From positions 379,254,001 to 379,318,000 of the forward strand of contig OZ024741.1 in NCBI GenBank assembly GCA_964016885.1: a stretch of DNA of 64,000 bases, written 5' to 3'. The notes under the pieces were generated by a model, which ran no database searches, was not told the DNA's origin, and saw only the letters and a program-made list of their open reading frames with translations. The translations under genes were made by a program, and so were the position numbers. Below, piece by piece: positions 11,561 to 31,669 of this stretch. The stretch comes from Eledone cirrhosa. Taxonomy: Eukaryota. Positions within the stretch are counted from its first letter, which is position 1; each line of letters opens with the position of its first letter.

Positions 11561-12806
11561 GGGAGATGCATACTCTGATTTGTCGATAACGCTTATGCGA
11601 CAAAAACCAGAGTAGCACCAACGTCACAATCACAACCACTATTACTATCAGCATCCAGATTTTAGACAACAACCCAGCAACATCAACAATAGCAAAGAAA
11701 ATAACAACATTACTAGCAGAACATTTAGACAACTACTCAACAAAACGTACTATAATCCCAGCAGCCACCCATCCAACTAGCTAGTTTACTATTAAAATGA
11801 ATAAATAACCACGCACTCAAACTAACAATAAGTCAACCAGCCACCCAGCTATTCATACGGTCAACCAAACTGAAAGATGCTGAGGAAACAAGCCAGGCAA
11901 CTTGCCATCTGCCAGCCAACTTGTCATTTGCGTGGGCTGCCTGAAATTTAAAATAGTTACCATAAAATGAAGACCTGGTATTAACAAGTAAAAATCAGAC
12001 ATAAAACGAACAGCCACAGAGTCCCCTTTCAGGCCACACAATATATAAATGAGCAGACATATTCCCTCACAATTAAATACAAAAATATTGGTGCATGTTT
12101 ACAAACGGTTGATCGTTCCTCAGAATCCATGATCCAAAACGCAGTTCGTCGTACGTGGGAGTAGAAAACAGAATACCCGACGGAAGATACATCCTCCGCT
12201 TGAAATGAGAATTTTTTCCCATGCAGAGGACAAAATCACAGACCCTCACAACGTTAAGAAGCGAGCAGGTGCCAATCGTGTCATCTGCGACAAGAGATTG
12301 CCCAAAGTCATGGTCATACAAATGCGTCTCGGGAGGGCTTTCCATTGGATCAATCAACCATCTTCAAATTCCGGAAGATGAAAATAAAAAAACTGGTGGA
12401 AAATGGTGGTAGAAATCCTTTTGCAAACTGACCAACAATCTCTCGACTCCATCATTGTGGCGAGCGGCCTCTCAGATGATACGCAAATTGCAGTGCAGTA
12501 GCGGTAGAAGGAAGAAGAGCAGCGTATGGCCGTCACACATTTAGAAGATTTCTACTCATAACTAGATACACAATAATATAAAACACCACCGCCAACGCCC
12601 CAGGCAGAGCGCTAAACAAAATATGCTACAGCCAGCAACAGATGAACTTATTTCCGTCATTCGTTCTGATTCTTTACATTATATATTGAAATATCATTTG
12701 AGATTACTTTTGGCCGATCTCGAATAACAAAAAGTAACAGTGCATTACTGCTCTCGATATATATTAATTCCACCTACCGTCAAGCTCCATATGTCTATAT
12801 ATATAG

Positions 12807-12807
12807 T

Positions 12808-12883
<76 letters not shown>

Positions 12884-12981
12884 CTGTGTGTGTGTGTGCG
12901 TGTGTGTGTGCGCGCGAGTGTTTCAATATCACTCTCACACTCTCTCTTAGTTTTTAAACGCACGCACACACATACACACAT

Positions 12982-13043
<62 letters not shown>

Positions 13044-13095
13044 ACATCCATATACACACACACACACACACACACAATATATATATTTATATATA
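12807..13095. repeat. Compound (GA)n/(GT)n/(CA)n/(TA)n microsatellite
   Basis: Direct reading. Confidence 0.95.
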
Positions 13096-14453
13096 AAGAT
13101 GCAGTGAGAGGGAGTAAGAATGAATGTTTTGAAGCAACACTTCAACATTCTGAACATTTTATTTAAATATCTAATTCAATATGATGTCTTTATATTTAAC
13201 AATGTATCTGCCAAACTTTTAATCGTATTTCACGATCTTATTAAAAGAAACAAAAATCAAAGAATCCGATTACTAACGAAACGATAGTGTTCTTATCATG
13301 TATTTATTTTTTTCTCTGATTAATTTTCTTATGTAAACATTGCAGTTTACTTTTTTTCTTTTCGTATAATGTATATTTAATAACATTTGTACATTTCACA
13401 ATCAACTAATTAACTAATTAATTTACGTGGGAAATGTCATAATCTTCGAGACATATATATACAGCTCTAGTCTTCTTAAGTTATTGAAAGATGTGAGTTT
13501 AGTATGTTGAAATTCTATTCAAAATCATCATAACCATCGTGAGGCATCATGGTCTGTTTTACTAGAATTAAGGCTTCTCTATGTTAGCAAGCCATACAAC
13601 CCATTCATTAGCAATGTTTAGTATTAGTGGAGATGTTTTCGGTTGTTGTAAATTATAGACTATAAGCCACATATGAGATTCTATCCTTTATCTTCCTTTT
13701 AAATTACTTTTCCTTCTAAGAAATGGAAAAATGACGAACGTAAAATAGGACCTAAGAAATAAGGTTTTCAAACTTGATATTACCTTCAGCTTTATGATAG
13801 TATTTGGAACGGAAAGTAAAAACGATTCTTAGGAACAATGATGGAAGTCTTTTAGTTACCTATGACACTTTAAAATGACAGGTATGTTTTTTAGAAATAA
13901 AATCAGTTTCAGAGCAATTGTTTTGAGAATGCAGAGTTCGTTCAAAGTCCATGATTGTATTCTTCCTGTAGTGTACATTTAATTCTATCAATTAGTCTGC
14001 TTTGGCGTAGCGAATCACTTATTGCTTCCTCTGTCTCACTAAAAATAGAGTGGAAAAACGAGATACCCGTAATAAAATGCAATACATTCAATAATCTCTA
14101 CCCATACCTTGTAAAATATTTCCAGGTAACAATCAATTCCAAAGAAGTGTTTAATTATCTTTGTTATACTTTTTATTGTTTTTCCAAAAAAGAATGTCAA
14201 TTGTTTCATTGCTTCATAAAAATAGTCCTTTCGGAGAATTGTATTATTCTCACTTTACATCATTCTTATTTTGAATCGAAATTGAGTGTTAAATAATTAG
14301 CCATTAGCAGTAAAACAAATTAGGACGTTTCAGAAAATAGGATTTTCTTCCAGGGATTATTTGATGAAGTATAAATTTAACGAAAATCGTGTAACAGCTC
14401 TAATTATTGTGAAGCATATAATAAATTCGAGCAATAATTAAAATGATTTGGGA

Positions 14454-14510
14454 TTACGGATTAAGATTAGAGTTGTAAGGAGGACAATGCATAACCCCTA
14501 CAATGATTTC
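14454..14510 (-). mobile_element. Possible Tc1/mariner (IS630-like) transposase remnant
   Basis: VMHCPPYNSNLNP resembles the W/LPPYSPDLNP motif; no other support. Confidence 0.3.
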
Positions 14511-16435
14511 ACACAGTATTTCTAATAGAAGTGTGTTATTAGATGTTCCTTTAGTAATGCTTATTTGTACAATAATTAGGCAATTAAAGCAAGAGTACAC
14601 AATAATGGCATGGATGTAAAGTGTTGAAACAGAGAGAATTTTCCATAACATAACTCATCTATAATAATTCTATACTGTGTATATTATTCTATTGTATTGT
14701 ACTTTACACTTTTTCTGGTTTTAATCATTAGACAGAACCCCATGCTGCAGCATTTTTAAAAGGATTTCCTTCAATTTTATAACCGATAATATTATGTCAG
14801 AAGGAAGACAGACCTTGATGTCAGGCTACTAGTCTGCATATATGGATAGTATACTTTCGTTAGGTGCAACACTATTTCTCACTATTTTATTATTTAGCTC
14901 AATATTCTATTATGAATTGCTGAGTCGTCATACTCATTATGTCCATCTATAGCGATCGTTGCATGTATTATATAGGGATATGCATGTGGCTAAAACAATT
15001 TTTTTTTCAATTGGAATTATTTATGTTACCAAATAAGTAGGATTTCATTTTGAAATGTATCGGAAGAAAACGATAAATTTTAAATTGCTTTTATATGATT
15101 ATATAATGAAAGACCTTAGCAGTAACTTAATTAGAAATACTTTTAAATATAGTCTCTTGAATGTAAATCTCAAACTGCACTGTGAACAATTTGGTAACGT
15201 CGACATTTCCAAATAAACAAATTCAAATTGATCAGCCTATAAAACATTACCAGCTGATTATCGAGAGAGGGTTGGTAGGAACCTGGGGATTTGATGGTCT
15301 GAAAACAATTCATATAGATATTTGTTGCATCTTTTTGGCCCAATTTTGAAAGGACTTCCGTGTTTCTTCTAAAAACAGCTTGTAATGCTGATACCAACTA
15401 AACATCAGTAACAGCGACAAACTGAATCTTAGAAACAAATGCAACTACCTCGAACAATAATCAACAGCACAAAAACAATCTCTCTGCCGTTTTCTCCGAA
15501 TGCCCTACGCTAAAAACAAATATTCATAACAGTCCCGTGGCCAGATCTTCGCCTTTTCCTCCTTCGAACGAAAATATAAAGCGATGAAATATAATGATAG
15601 AAAGCTTGAGTTTAAAGAAATAAAGATACCCGAAATTCGAAAAATTGACATGAACATCGATACAAAATACGTCATAAATGTAACAGATGTTAAAAAGATA
15701 AAAAACAATAAACACAATAAAATGAACGAACATCTGGAAGAACAGAAATCACAACAAAAAGAACAACATCAACGGAAGCTAAAAAGATCGTATAAAAACG
15801 AGAAAATCCAAAGACAACGGCTGTAACAGAAACGGCGAAAAAGTATTCTACTAAATTAGCAGAAAAAAAATTAGATGGTGAAGTCACTAAAGTAAGAAAT
15901 AAAGCAAAAAATAAAAAAACACATATAGTGACAGGAAAGAAACAATTCTATTAAAAAATATTAAAGATAAAAAATTGTCAAAAATATTGCTGTTTTGCGA
16001 AACCTCTTTTTACTGGTCATAAATGTCTACTCCATCTTGAGAATGTCACAAAATGTGTGACGAAAGACTTTTTCTAAACACATGAATAACGGCGAATAAA
16101 GATAAAGTGAAAATTATATGGCGCGTGTGTTTCTTTCTATTTGCAATATTGGCAACATGATAATCCCCACAATATAACAATGTTGGTCTCAGCACATGAT
16201 TTCACAAATACATAAATATTCATGCTGGATGCTGGTTTGTTCGTGCATGTGCCAATGGGTTTAATATATGTGCGCATTAGGCTATGCTAACCCAACACTA
16301 ACTTCTATTTCTAAATCTTTCATGTAATATATATTCGAACACACAGCATAAACATATGCATACATCTGCATATATATATATATGTGTGTGTGCACGTTTG
16401 TGTATGGGTGTGTGTGTGCGTTTGTGTATACATAG

Positions 16436-16627
16436 AGAAGAAGAAGAAGAAGAAGAAGTAGAAGAAGAAGAAGAAGAAGAAGAAGAAGAAGAAGAAGAAG
16501 AAGAAGAAGAAGAAGAAGAAGAAGAAGAAGAAGAAGAAGAAGAAGAAGAAGAAGAAGAAGAAGAAGAAGAAGAAGAAGAAGAAGAAGAAGAAGAAGAAGA
16601 AGAAGAAGAAGCAGCAGCAGCAGCAGC

Positions 16628-16660
<33 letters not shown>

Positions 16661-16808
16661 AGAAGAAGAAGAAGAAGAAGAAGAAGAAGAAGAAGAAGAA
16701 GAAGAAGAAGAAGAAGAAGAAGAAGAAGAAGAAGAAGAAGAAGAAGAAGAAGAAGAAGAAGAAGAAGAAGAAGAAGAAGAAGAAGAAGAAGAAGAAGAAG
16801 AAGAAGAA
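16436..16808. repeat. ~370-bp (GAA)n tract with an internal (GCA)6
   Basis: Direct reading. Confidence 0.97.
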
Positions 16809-17909
16809 CCGTATTTCTCCTTTATGTTTTGATTTTGACAATACATTTTATAGTTCCATCGACACTTTAAAGCCCTCCCGGATTTATTTCTAAACGTGTA
16901 GATAATGGTAACGGTTGTGGCTGGTATTATATTGTAACTCACAATGATGGGGATGGTGTTGCATGTGTTTCTCATTTGTTATTAGCATTATCGTTAAATT
17001 TGTAAGGTTGACGCCAGTATTCTTTCTGCAATCAGGAGAATATTTAGACATGATGTCTGATAATATTTTGTTGCCAGGGTGTGCTATATGTTTGTTCAGA
17101 TTTCAAATATAGTTTGATATTAACGTAGCAACCATGACGAGAATTATAGTTTTGATATGAATCAAATACAAAAATGTAATATGTTTGTGTTAAATATTAT
17201 ATTTCTTTTCTAACACCATCCCCGTTCGAAAAATATAGTGATTACAAAAATGCCATTGATGTGTATCCTGACGTCTCGACAGACATTGTGTGTTTACCAG
17301 TAGATTATTTTATGGGAGTGATGTGGAGATTTGGCTGCTGTAATTAGCAGGCATTGCAGTTGTACTATTTCCCCTTGGATCGGCTACACTCGTTAGTATT
17401 ATTTTATTATCTTCGAACTTGAATCACTACTTGATATAATATTTTGCAATAGTTTATTATTAAACATATTAATCTTCAACCTATAAGCATTTAAAGTACT
17501 TTGTATAGAATGTGAGTGCATGATGCAGGATTCCAACACATTATTTGATTTCACAATGTTCTAATTTTTTTTTATATCATCGTAGCTGATAATATAACTT
17601 ATCTGTTTGTGCATTACAATTTAATGAAGAAATCGTTATTGTATTTAGAATCGGTGAGGTAAAATCCTAAGAATAAATAATAAGTTTGTGAAGAGAAGAG
17701 AGCATTACCTCAATTACTAATATTTCAAGCCATTCAATCTGCTAATGAAAATAACGTTATATTTAATAAATATGTTTATAACGTATACATTTACTGCACC
17801 CGCACACGCATATATATATAGAGAGAGAGATTAATAGATAGCTACTTCTATAGATAGATAGATATACAGATATATATACAGATAGATAGATAGATAGATA
17901 GATATACAG

Positions 17910-17966
<57 letters not shown>

Positions 17967-18022
17967 AAATAAAATAAAATAAAATAAATAACTCAAATAT
18001 TTAAAATTTAGCTTCGTTTATC

Positions 18023-18077
18023 ACTGCTATATATATTTCGGTGACAGCCATCTTTGGCTGTGACCTTTTCAGGCAGT
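18023..18077 (-). ncRNA. HHR copy with mutated core (CTGAAAA)
   Basis: Reverse complement of 18754-18808 with G8>A. Confidence 0.55.
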
Positions 18078-18753
18078 CCGAATTAGTTTGGTAGAGACGA
18101 GTACACATGTTGTTGAGGTGTTAACTTTGTCAATAGTCTGATATGCCCAGTTCCTGGTTGGGTTGTTGTTTCTATGAGGAACTGGAGTCATATGAATTTA
18201 AACAAACACATTTTATTTCAGCGTCAAAGGACATCCTCTCCTCCAATTGGTCAGTTGTGAGAACATTCCTCAGTCAAAAGTGTATGGAAATTCTTTCTGA
18301 GCCGAGGCTATCTGTAGTGGTTGTTTTTGTTATTAAGTACATTTGACCTCTACCCTTATGTTGGTAGTGGTGTTGGTGCTGGGGTCAGATTTGATTCCTG
18401 CTGCTGTTGATTTTAGGAGGATCTGTGTGTGTGTATTGGCATCTATCCTGCCACCATTTTTCGTGATGGTTGTGGTGTGGGGGGAGGGGCTGCCAAGCGT
18501 ATGAAGGGATAGGAGGCAATAAAATGAAGAAAATAAAAAATATTTTATTCTACTTTTCTTTATTTTATTCGCATTTTTTAGTCTTTTACCTTTTCATTTC
18601 ATTCTATTATTTTTTTTATTATTTATTATTTATTTATTATTTTTTTTATTTTCTTCATTTTATTGCCTCCTATCCCAGGAACTGGCATATCAGAGTATTG
18701 ACAAAGTTAACACCTCAACAACATGTGTACTCGTCTCTACCACATTAATTCAG

Positions 18754-18808
18754 ACTGCCTGAAGAGGTCACAGCCAAAGAGGGCTGTCATCGAAATATAT
18801 ATAGCAGT
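18754..18808 (+). ncRNA. Minimal type I hammerhead ribozyme
   Basis: ACTGC-CTGAAGA-GGTC-ACAGCC..GGCTGT-CATC-GAAA-TATATA-TA-GCAGT. Confidence 0.8.
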
Positions 18809-18953
18809 AATAAATGAAGCTAACTTTTCAATATTTGAGTTATTTATTTTAGTTTATTTTACATTACTCCGGAGTAAACAAACCAACCTGCGCACTTCGT
18901 CGAGTGCTCTAATCTGCATTCTGCCGTGTCGGCAAACAACCAACATATACTCA

Positions 18954-18987
<34 letters not shown>

Positions 18988-18989
<2 letters not shown>

Positions 18990-19682
18990 CACTGATGAAG
19001 GACTAACTTTATCATATGTAACCCATTAGCAACGCCGCAGCACGTTTATTTTCATATTTACACATATTTTTTTCCCCGCTGTTACACGTCTATTTCGTTC
19101 TTACCGCTTCCTCTTTCTCTGTATATTTACCCTCTCTAGCAGTCATTCTCTCTGTTAGACTCTTCCTCACCCTTCACTCACTCATTCTCAGTTACTACCT
19201 CTCCTCCTCCTCCTTCTTCCTGTTTGACCTGTGCGTAATTCTTTTCTTTCGCACTCTTGGTCTAGCAGGTCGTTCTTTTTCTCTCTCTCGTCTACGATTT
19301 CACAGAACTCACGTTCACCGAAATCACAGACTAGATCCCTTCTTCCTCCCGTTAGACCTGTACGGAATTCCTTCCTTGCTTACATTCCAACCAGGTTTGA
19401 TGGTCTTTATTCTCTCTCGTTCACGATTTCACCGAATTTAAATTCATAGAAATTTGGGACTTGACTTATTCTTCCTCACTTTTCGTTGCTCACCATTTTT
19501 GTTGTTTACATTCTTGTCCCCTTTATTTACCGTGTCCCAACGACTTTCTTTAGCCGTTGCTCGCACCAACCGGAGGTATATGGTCTTTAAAGCGATGAAA
19601 TACCAATGATGGTTGGAAGATCACTGATGAAGGACTAACTTTATTCATATGTAACCCATTAGCAACGCCGCAGCACGTTTAT

Positions 19683-19690
<8 letters not shown>
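18988..19690 (+). mobile_element. ~700-bp non-coding element with ~70-bp direct terminal repeats in (TA)n
   Basis: ATCACTGATGAAGGACTAACTTTAT...TTTTCATAT at 18988-19057 and 19620-19690. Confidence 0.75.
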
Positions 19691-19730
<40 letters not shown>

Positions 19731-19787
19731 GTGGAAAAGTAAAAAATAGGAGAACAGACCGTTAATATATGTTTATTTAAAACAGAA

Positions 19788-19823
19788 CCTACGTACGTTT
19801 CGCCCGGATGGCCTTCTCAAGGG
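19788..19823 (-). ncRNA. Minimal HHR, U3-A8 core variant (TTGAGAA)
   Basis: Minus strand CCC-TTGAGAA-GGCCATCCGGGC-GAAAC-GTAC-GTA-GG. Confidence 0.55.
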
Positions 19824-20715
19824 CATAAATAACTAAAAAGTGTTCCTTACATGGCCCGGAAATTGCATTTGGAGGTAAGTTCACGTCAGAGGTAAGTTCA
19901 TTCTTCATTGGAGGTAAGTTCATTCTTCGCAAAAATGCGTGTTTTGATTTTTCAGTAAGTCAAGGGAGGTAACTCTGGTCGGTGTTAGGGCATAGTTACC
20001 AGCTTAGAAATAGAAAAGTACACAAAACCGTATGTCCCTCTGACGCCTAGATTCTCCCTTAAGAATCACAAATGTAACTTTAATGAAAGCCCTCTATTAG
20101 ACTAATATGTCCCTCTACATCTGATATAGGTAAGATTAGTAAAGTGATCCTCGATAGATTACTACTGGAGCTTAATAGAAAGACTAAGGTCCGCCTCTGG
20201 GGCAAAACCGACCAGGTCATAAATTGGTTCACAGAGTTGCCTGATAAAGCGACCTTGAAGTTCTTCCAGTTTGACATAGATAGTTACTACGTCTCTATCT
20301 ACCCCATACTCTTAAATACGGCACTCATATTAGCTAAATCTTACACTAGCCTCACTAAGTTCTAGGGCTCCCACTGGACCGGAACCAACCGTCCTGATAA
20401 CTTCGATATCATGATGGGGTCCACCGACTCAGCGAACGCAACTGACCTGGTCGGAATGTACCTCCTCCGACCCTACCTGGAGGTGTATATAGGGACGACG
20501 CCCTCTTTACCGTTAGGAACCATAGCCCTCGTAGGATAGAGAACCTTAACAATCATATACACAGGTGCTTTTAGTCATACTGCCTATCCGTAATTAGAGA
20601 CCTAAAACCACCAGGTTGTAAATTTCCTGGACGTGACCCTGGAGTTGAGTACGGGCCTATACAAGCCATACCATAAGCCTGGAGAGAGCCTTTCTGATAT
20701 TAATTATGCCTCCAA

Positions 20716-20902
20716 GGCGGTGGGTTGGCAGTATCGGTAGAGGGTCAGATGCCATGCTTTGACGCATAGAGTTACGGCCCTTGCCATTCTGAGTTCAAAT
20801 CCCCCCGAAATTAACTTTGCCTCTCATCCTTACGGGGTCGATAAACTAAAGTACGAGTAATGCACTGGGATAATTGCTGGCCTTGTGTCAAAAGTAGAAA
20901 CA
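20716..20902 (+). mobile_element. SINE inserted into the PLE RT region with a 17-bp TSD
   Basis: ATTAATTATGCCTCCAA at 20699-20715 and 20903-20919; A/B boxes in the head. Confidence 0.9.
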
Positions 20903-21696
20903 ATTAATTATGCCTCCAACCACCCTAAGCAGACTCTCAACTCCATAGTCTATAGCATCTCACATAGGATCTCGAGGCTCTCCGCCAATGAAGATATCTT
21001 CAACCAAGCGGCAGATTACTACAATAGGGCTCTGATAAGCGCTGGCTTTAACCGAGGAATTTCCTACATCCCTAACGCTAGCTCCCCTCATAAGACGAAC
21101 GTTATAGTAAGCCATAGCTATAACCCATCACGCGGCGACTTCGTAGGAGTCGGATGTAATAGTATAGATAATCGCACTAAGCAACACTGCCGCAACGTTA
21201 ATTAAACTGGCTATAGTATAGGTAACTTACCACACAATAAAGATCCCAACCCCGGTGACAGTGACCACTGTAGTTTACTCGAACTATTCCCCTACTATAA
21301 AATCAACAAAGGCCACGGCCTACTACTCACGCCATCCAACCAACATATTCCTGTACATAAACATAGCAGAAGGAAGAAGTGTGTGGCCTCCGACATACCC
21401 TGGATATTCTTCGAAGCCTTAGAGAAGAACTTCCCACCCAACCATAGGTATAAAAAAATCCTTAATAGGAACAATATAAACATATCCTTATCCACTACTC
21501 CTAACCTAGCAGACATCATAGGAACATCATAGCAGACATCACAGGAACAACTAATCACAGTAAGATCACCAAGACACAATACCTTAGTACAGACGCACCT
21601 ACACCCGACAATAACTATATCGGCCTTAACGACTCACTAGCAGCATCCAATAGTGTTGGGAATAGCCTCTACAGACGCAAACAGCATAACCGCGAC

Positions 21697-22290
21697 ATGA
21701 CTGGGGAACATGAAGGACATGACGTGCGGAATAATAATGGTTCCACCCCGCACACAGTGAGTTGTAATGTTGCTAACGACAGGAGCGGGAGCGGAGGTAA
21801 CCACGTAGATAGCAATAATGATAGCCTTACCGTGGGAATTAGAAGGGACGGCGACCGAAATTGCAACTGCCGCGACATGGGACGCTGCCCCCTTAGGGGA
21901 TACTGCTTGACTGCTAGGGTTATATATAGGTGCACTGTAACTAACCACAATAGCGTTAAACATTATATAGGGGCTACCTCTGGCCCGTTTAAAATTAGAT
22001 TTCGCACACATCTCCACTCTTTCACAAATAAGAAATTAAGACACTCCACTTCGCTCGCGGACTACATCACATCATTAAAAGACTTAAACAACAGCTTCTC
22101 CACGTACTGGTATATTGTCCGCAGGGCTGCACCGTACAACTTCAAGAGGAAGTGCGATATTTACCTCATGGTGCTCTACTACATCATAACGGCACCCCAC
22201 GAGCTCATCAACAGCAGAGCTGAAACGACGATGAGCTGTGCACAACGCTTAAAACTATCCTTCTTCAGATGGGATAAGGATCAGGAGTGA
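21697..22290 (+). pseudogene. PLE Cys-linker and GIY-YIG endonuclease
   Basis: 197-aa ORF with the GIY-YIG motifs listed above. Confidence 0.85.
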
Positions 22291-22658
22291 AACTGTATAC
22301 CGGGTCTCCCTGCAACAAGCTTTAACACCCTGGCTGGCGGCGCTGCAAAAAACATCCGGAAACTAACCATACATCCCAGACCCAGCTTCAAATGACCTAG
22401 GCCGGCAGGTGCAGTGAACAAATGTCTCAAAACAAACTTACCTGACCCTGTGCGTATCGTCAATGGTAAAGTTGTAACCACATCGTGTAACAGATAAAAA
22501 ATGTGTCCGGGAAAAACTGCCCTAACACCGACCAGCGTTACCTCCCTTAACCTACTGCAAAATCAAAATACGCATTTTTGCGAAGAATGAACTCTGGCGT
22601 GAACTTACCTACAAAAAGACTTTCCGGGCCATGTAAGGAACACTTTTTAGTTATTTAT

Positions 22659-22693
22659 GCCTTGAGCAGCCCATGCGGGCGAAACGTACGTAC
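22659..22693 (+). ncRNA. Minimal HHR copy (TTGAGCA core, probably inactive)
   Basis: TTGAGCA-GCCC-ATGC-GGGC-GAAAC-GTAC-GTA. Confidence 0.45.
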
Positions 22694-22904
22694 GTGCTGT
22701 TTTAAATAAACATGTATTAACGGACTGCTCTCTTATTTCTTACTTTTACACGTGCTTACGCTCTACTAACTCTCTCGCCCACTAGATGTTAACACCTCTA
22801 ATATCTAACACTGCCAGCACTAGTATTGAGCACCTTTTGCACACGCTATTTGGCAAACTACTACATGTATCACCTATCTCAACTTTTTTCTTTCTCTCGA
22901 TACG

Positions 22905-22990
<86 letters not shown>

Positions 22991-23140
22991 ATATACACAT
23001 ATAGAAGGAGTAACCTATCATCCTTGCTATCTTATGTAACTATAATACACTCCGCATATCTCTACACATCGACATTGAAGTGAACCTACACATCGAGTGC
23101 TCACCCGCGTGAACCTACAGTAACTCTAAGTTACACTCCT

Positions 23141-23174
<34 letters not shown>

Positions 23175-23177
<3 letters not shown>

Positions 23178-25200
23178 ATACTAATAATAATGATTTCTTT
23201 ATTGGTCACGAGGGCTGACATCAATAAAAACATTACATACGGGACAGGACTGTACAGGACGGTACGATGTGGCTTTGGTGCGTGTAAAGATTTTTATTAT
23301 TTATATAAGAAAAGAAAAAAGAAAAAGACATTGAAACATGTATATATATGTAGACAATAAAAATGAAAACGGAAACAATTAAACATCCCCCGATAGGGGG
23401 GAAACCTCCGAGGGTTACTCGTGGCAAAAACCACAGTAAAGACCACGGCCACCCTGACGACCAGGGCAAGCGCCCTCTCTGAATTTTTACATTTCTCAAA
23501 CTACAGGCGTATATTCAGAACGGTCCCGTTCACTCGGACCATTTTCGCTGCATTCACCCACCTCAACAAACTTGCTAGATGGCAGCACTTGCCTTTCCAC
23601 CCTGATTTTCCTCTTCAAGTGAAACTTGAAAAAGTTAATTAGGGATTCACCGAGGAATAAAGTGTCTGTCTTTAACCTTTCAACTTTGTCCACCACACAA
23701 TCTCTTTCGCCATGGACACCAGGCAGATGAAAATCGTCTCCCCTTCCTCCTCGAAAGAAGACGGCGAGATCATCTGCACAATGGACTCAGTCGATAACCG
23801 GATCAGTCCTACACGCGACAGCAACTGTTCGATTTAGCTCCACAAGTCAGTAATGCTCGGGCACTGGACGAGTGCGTGCCCGGCGGTTTCGTCTCTCTGC
23901 GCGCATCTCAGACAGGCTCGGCTTACGGCACTTCCGTGCCTGTAGAGCTTATCTCGAACCGGCAACATCCCCGGTAGCACTGCTAGGCCAGGGATATTTG
24001 GAAGTTATCCATAGGCCCTGGGCTAAACGTTCTCCGGAAGAGATCAAACAGCTGATCTTCTTCGACGCCCAGGATCTCTCCGAGAACGTCGTCGTTCTTC
24101 CCCTCCACTAGTCCTCTATAGAACGCCGAGGTGGATGTTCCACCGATATTGGTGCCCAGCTGGCAGAGGGCGGTGAGCGCCTGGAGTATTTCCAGTTTCC
24201 AAGAGCTATCCCTCTGCCTTTTCCTGACCCAGGACTGCAGCTCCGTCAAGGAGACGAGATGTGGGAAAACGTGCCTAGCGAACGGCGACCACACCTGTTC
24301 AGTCAAGGAAGCACCAGAGATGTCGCATTCTCAGCGCATGTTTGCTCATCATCAGCCGTGACAGGTCCAGTCCTCCACGCAATGCTGTTGACAGCAGATG
24401 GATCGTATGACCATGGGAGCGCGTCCCTTCCACAAAAAGCGGAAGAGGAGGCGCTCCATTTTGGTGAGAGTTGGGTCGGGGCAATGGACGAAGGTGAGGC
24501 GGTAGCAGATGATGGAATCGATGTACGCATTCGGCACCTCCACCCGGCCTTTCAGGGACAGATTCTTCTCGGCCCATTTCTGGGTGAGGGAGGCCACCCT
24601 GCTCGTCACCTCGCTCCAGTTTCTCTCCATCTGGAGGTCCGGTCCGAACCAGACCCCAAACATTTTAACCGGTCCATCCGATCAACGCCCCACGACGCTG
24701 TAGGACTGCATGGACTTGCTTCTCCAGGTGCTTTTCCTTGTTTATCTTTGCGCCTGTCACCGCTTCGTGTTCCTTGAGAGTGATGCCGAGCATCTGGACG
24801 TGTCTGGTGTTCGACACCACCTTGGTGATGCCGTAGGCCTAAGCCGACTCGGATTCATTGCATCCTAGTTTGCGTGGGACGCCCCACATCGCCCCCAGTT
24901 TGTGCAGTAATGGCTCAAGAGCCAATACAATCCTTACAAGAGGGACGATAGGGGACAACCCGGGCTGACCGAGCGCATGATACTGACGAGTACGACAAGT
25001 GACCGTTCACCTTCACAACTGATTAGTTGTCGCTGTACATCGCAGATATCCAACCACTGGAAACGGGCCCGAAACCGACTGCCTCGAGGACCGCCACCAG
25101 GCACCGATGAGTGACCCTATCGAATGCTTTGGATTGATCCCAGTTGATCAGCGCCCCACCCTTGCCAAGTTCCTTAACCACCCTCTCTGTGATGTATCGC
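23175..25200 (-). mobile_element. Tx1-type LINE copy A (5'-truncated, degenerate RT/C-terminus plus 3' UTR)
   Basis: Colinear with 31669-33619 (DQSKAFDRV, GVWFGPDL, LINFFKFHLKRKIRVER); ends AATAAAGAAATC-(ATT)n. Confidence 0.9.
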
Positions 25201-31607
<6,407 letters not shown>

Positions 31608-31615
31608 AATTAATA

Positions 31616-31668
<53 letters not shown>
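31608..31668. repeat. (AAT)n tract between Tx1 copies B and C
   Basis: Direct reading. Confidence 0.97.

Positions 31669-31669
<1 letters not shown>

Larger units (their letters stand above)
17971..18860. mobile_element. Non-coding fold-back element with HHR-bearing inverted arms (17971-18157 / 18675-18860) and a nested inverted repeat (18506-18540 / 18642-18676)
   Basis: Arms are reverse complements; sits between TA-rich tracts. Confidence 0.8.
19729..22753 (+). mobile_element. Degraded Penelope-like element (RT + GIY-YIG) with an inverted terminal copy (19729-19992 / 22518-22753)
   Basis: IGKISKVILD, FQFDIDSYY, FDIMMGSTD, VYRDDAL, NFLDVTL, YKPYHKP, NYASNHP; CNCR..CPL.GYCL; VIYRC..YIGAT..FKIRFRTH. 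Confidence 0.9.

Noticed and set aside
11560-12640. Possible LINE ORF1 remnant or host exon
   Set aside because: Only vague motifs in broken frames; not assignable by eye
16298-16975. Poly-E / poly-S / poly-F ORFs
   Set aside because: Pure (GAA)n repeat with no coding context or splice evidence
19871-19930. Three copies of GAGGTAAGTTCA (CRISPR-like or splice-donor cluster)
   Set aside because: Short irregular tandem duplication within a PLE terminal repeat in eukaryotic DNA
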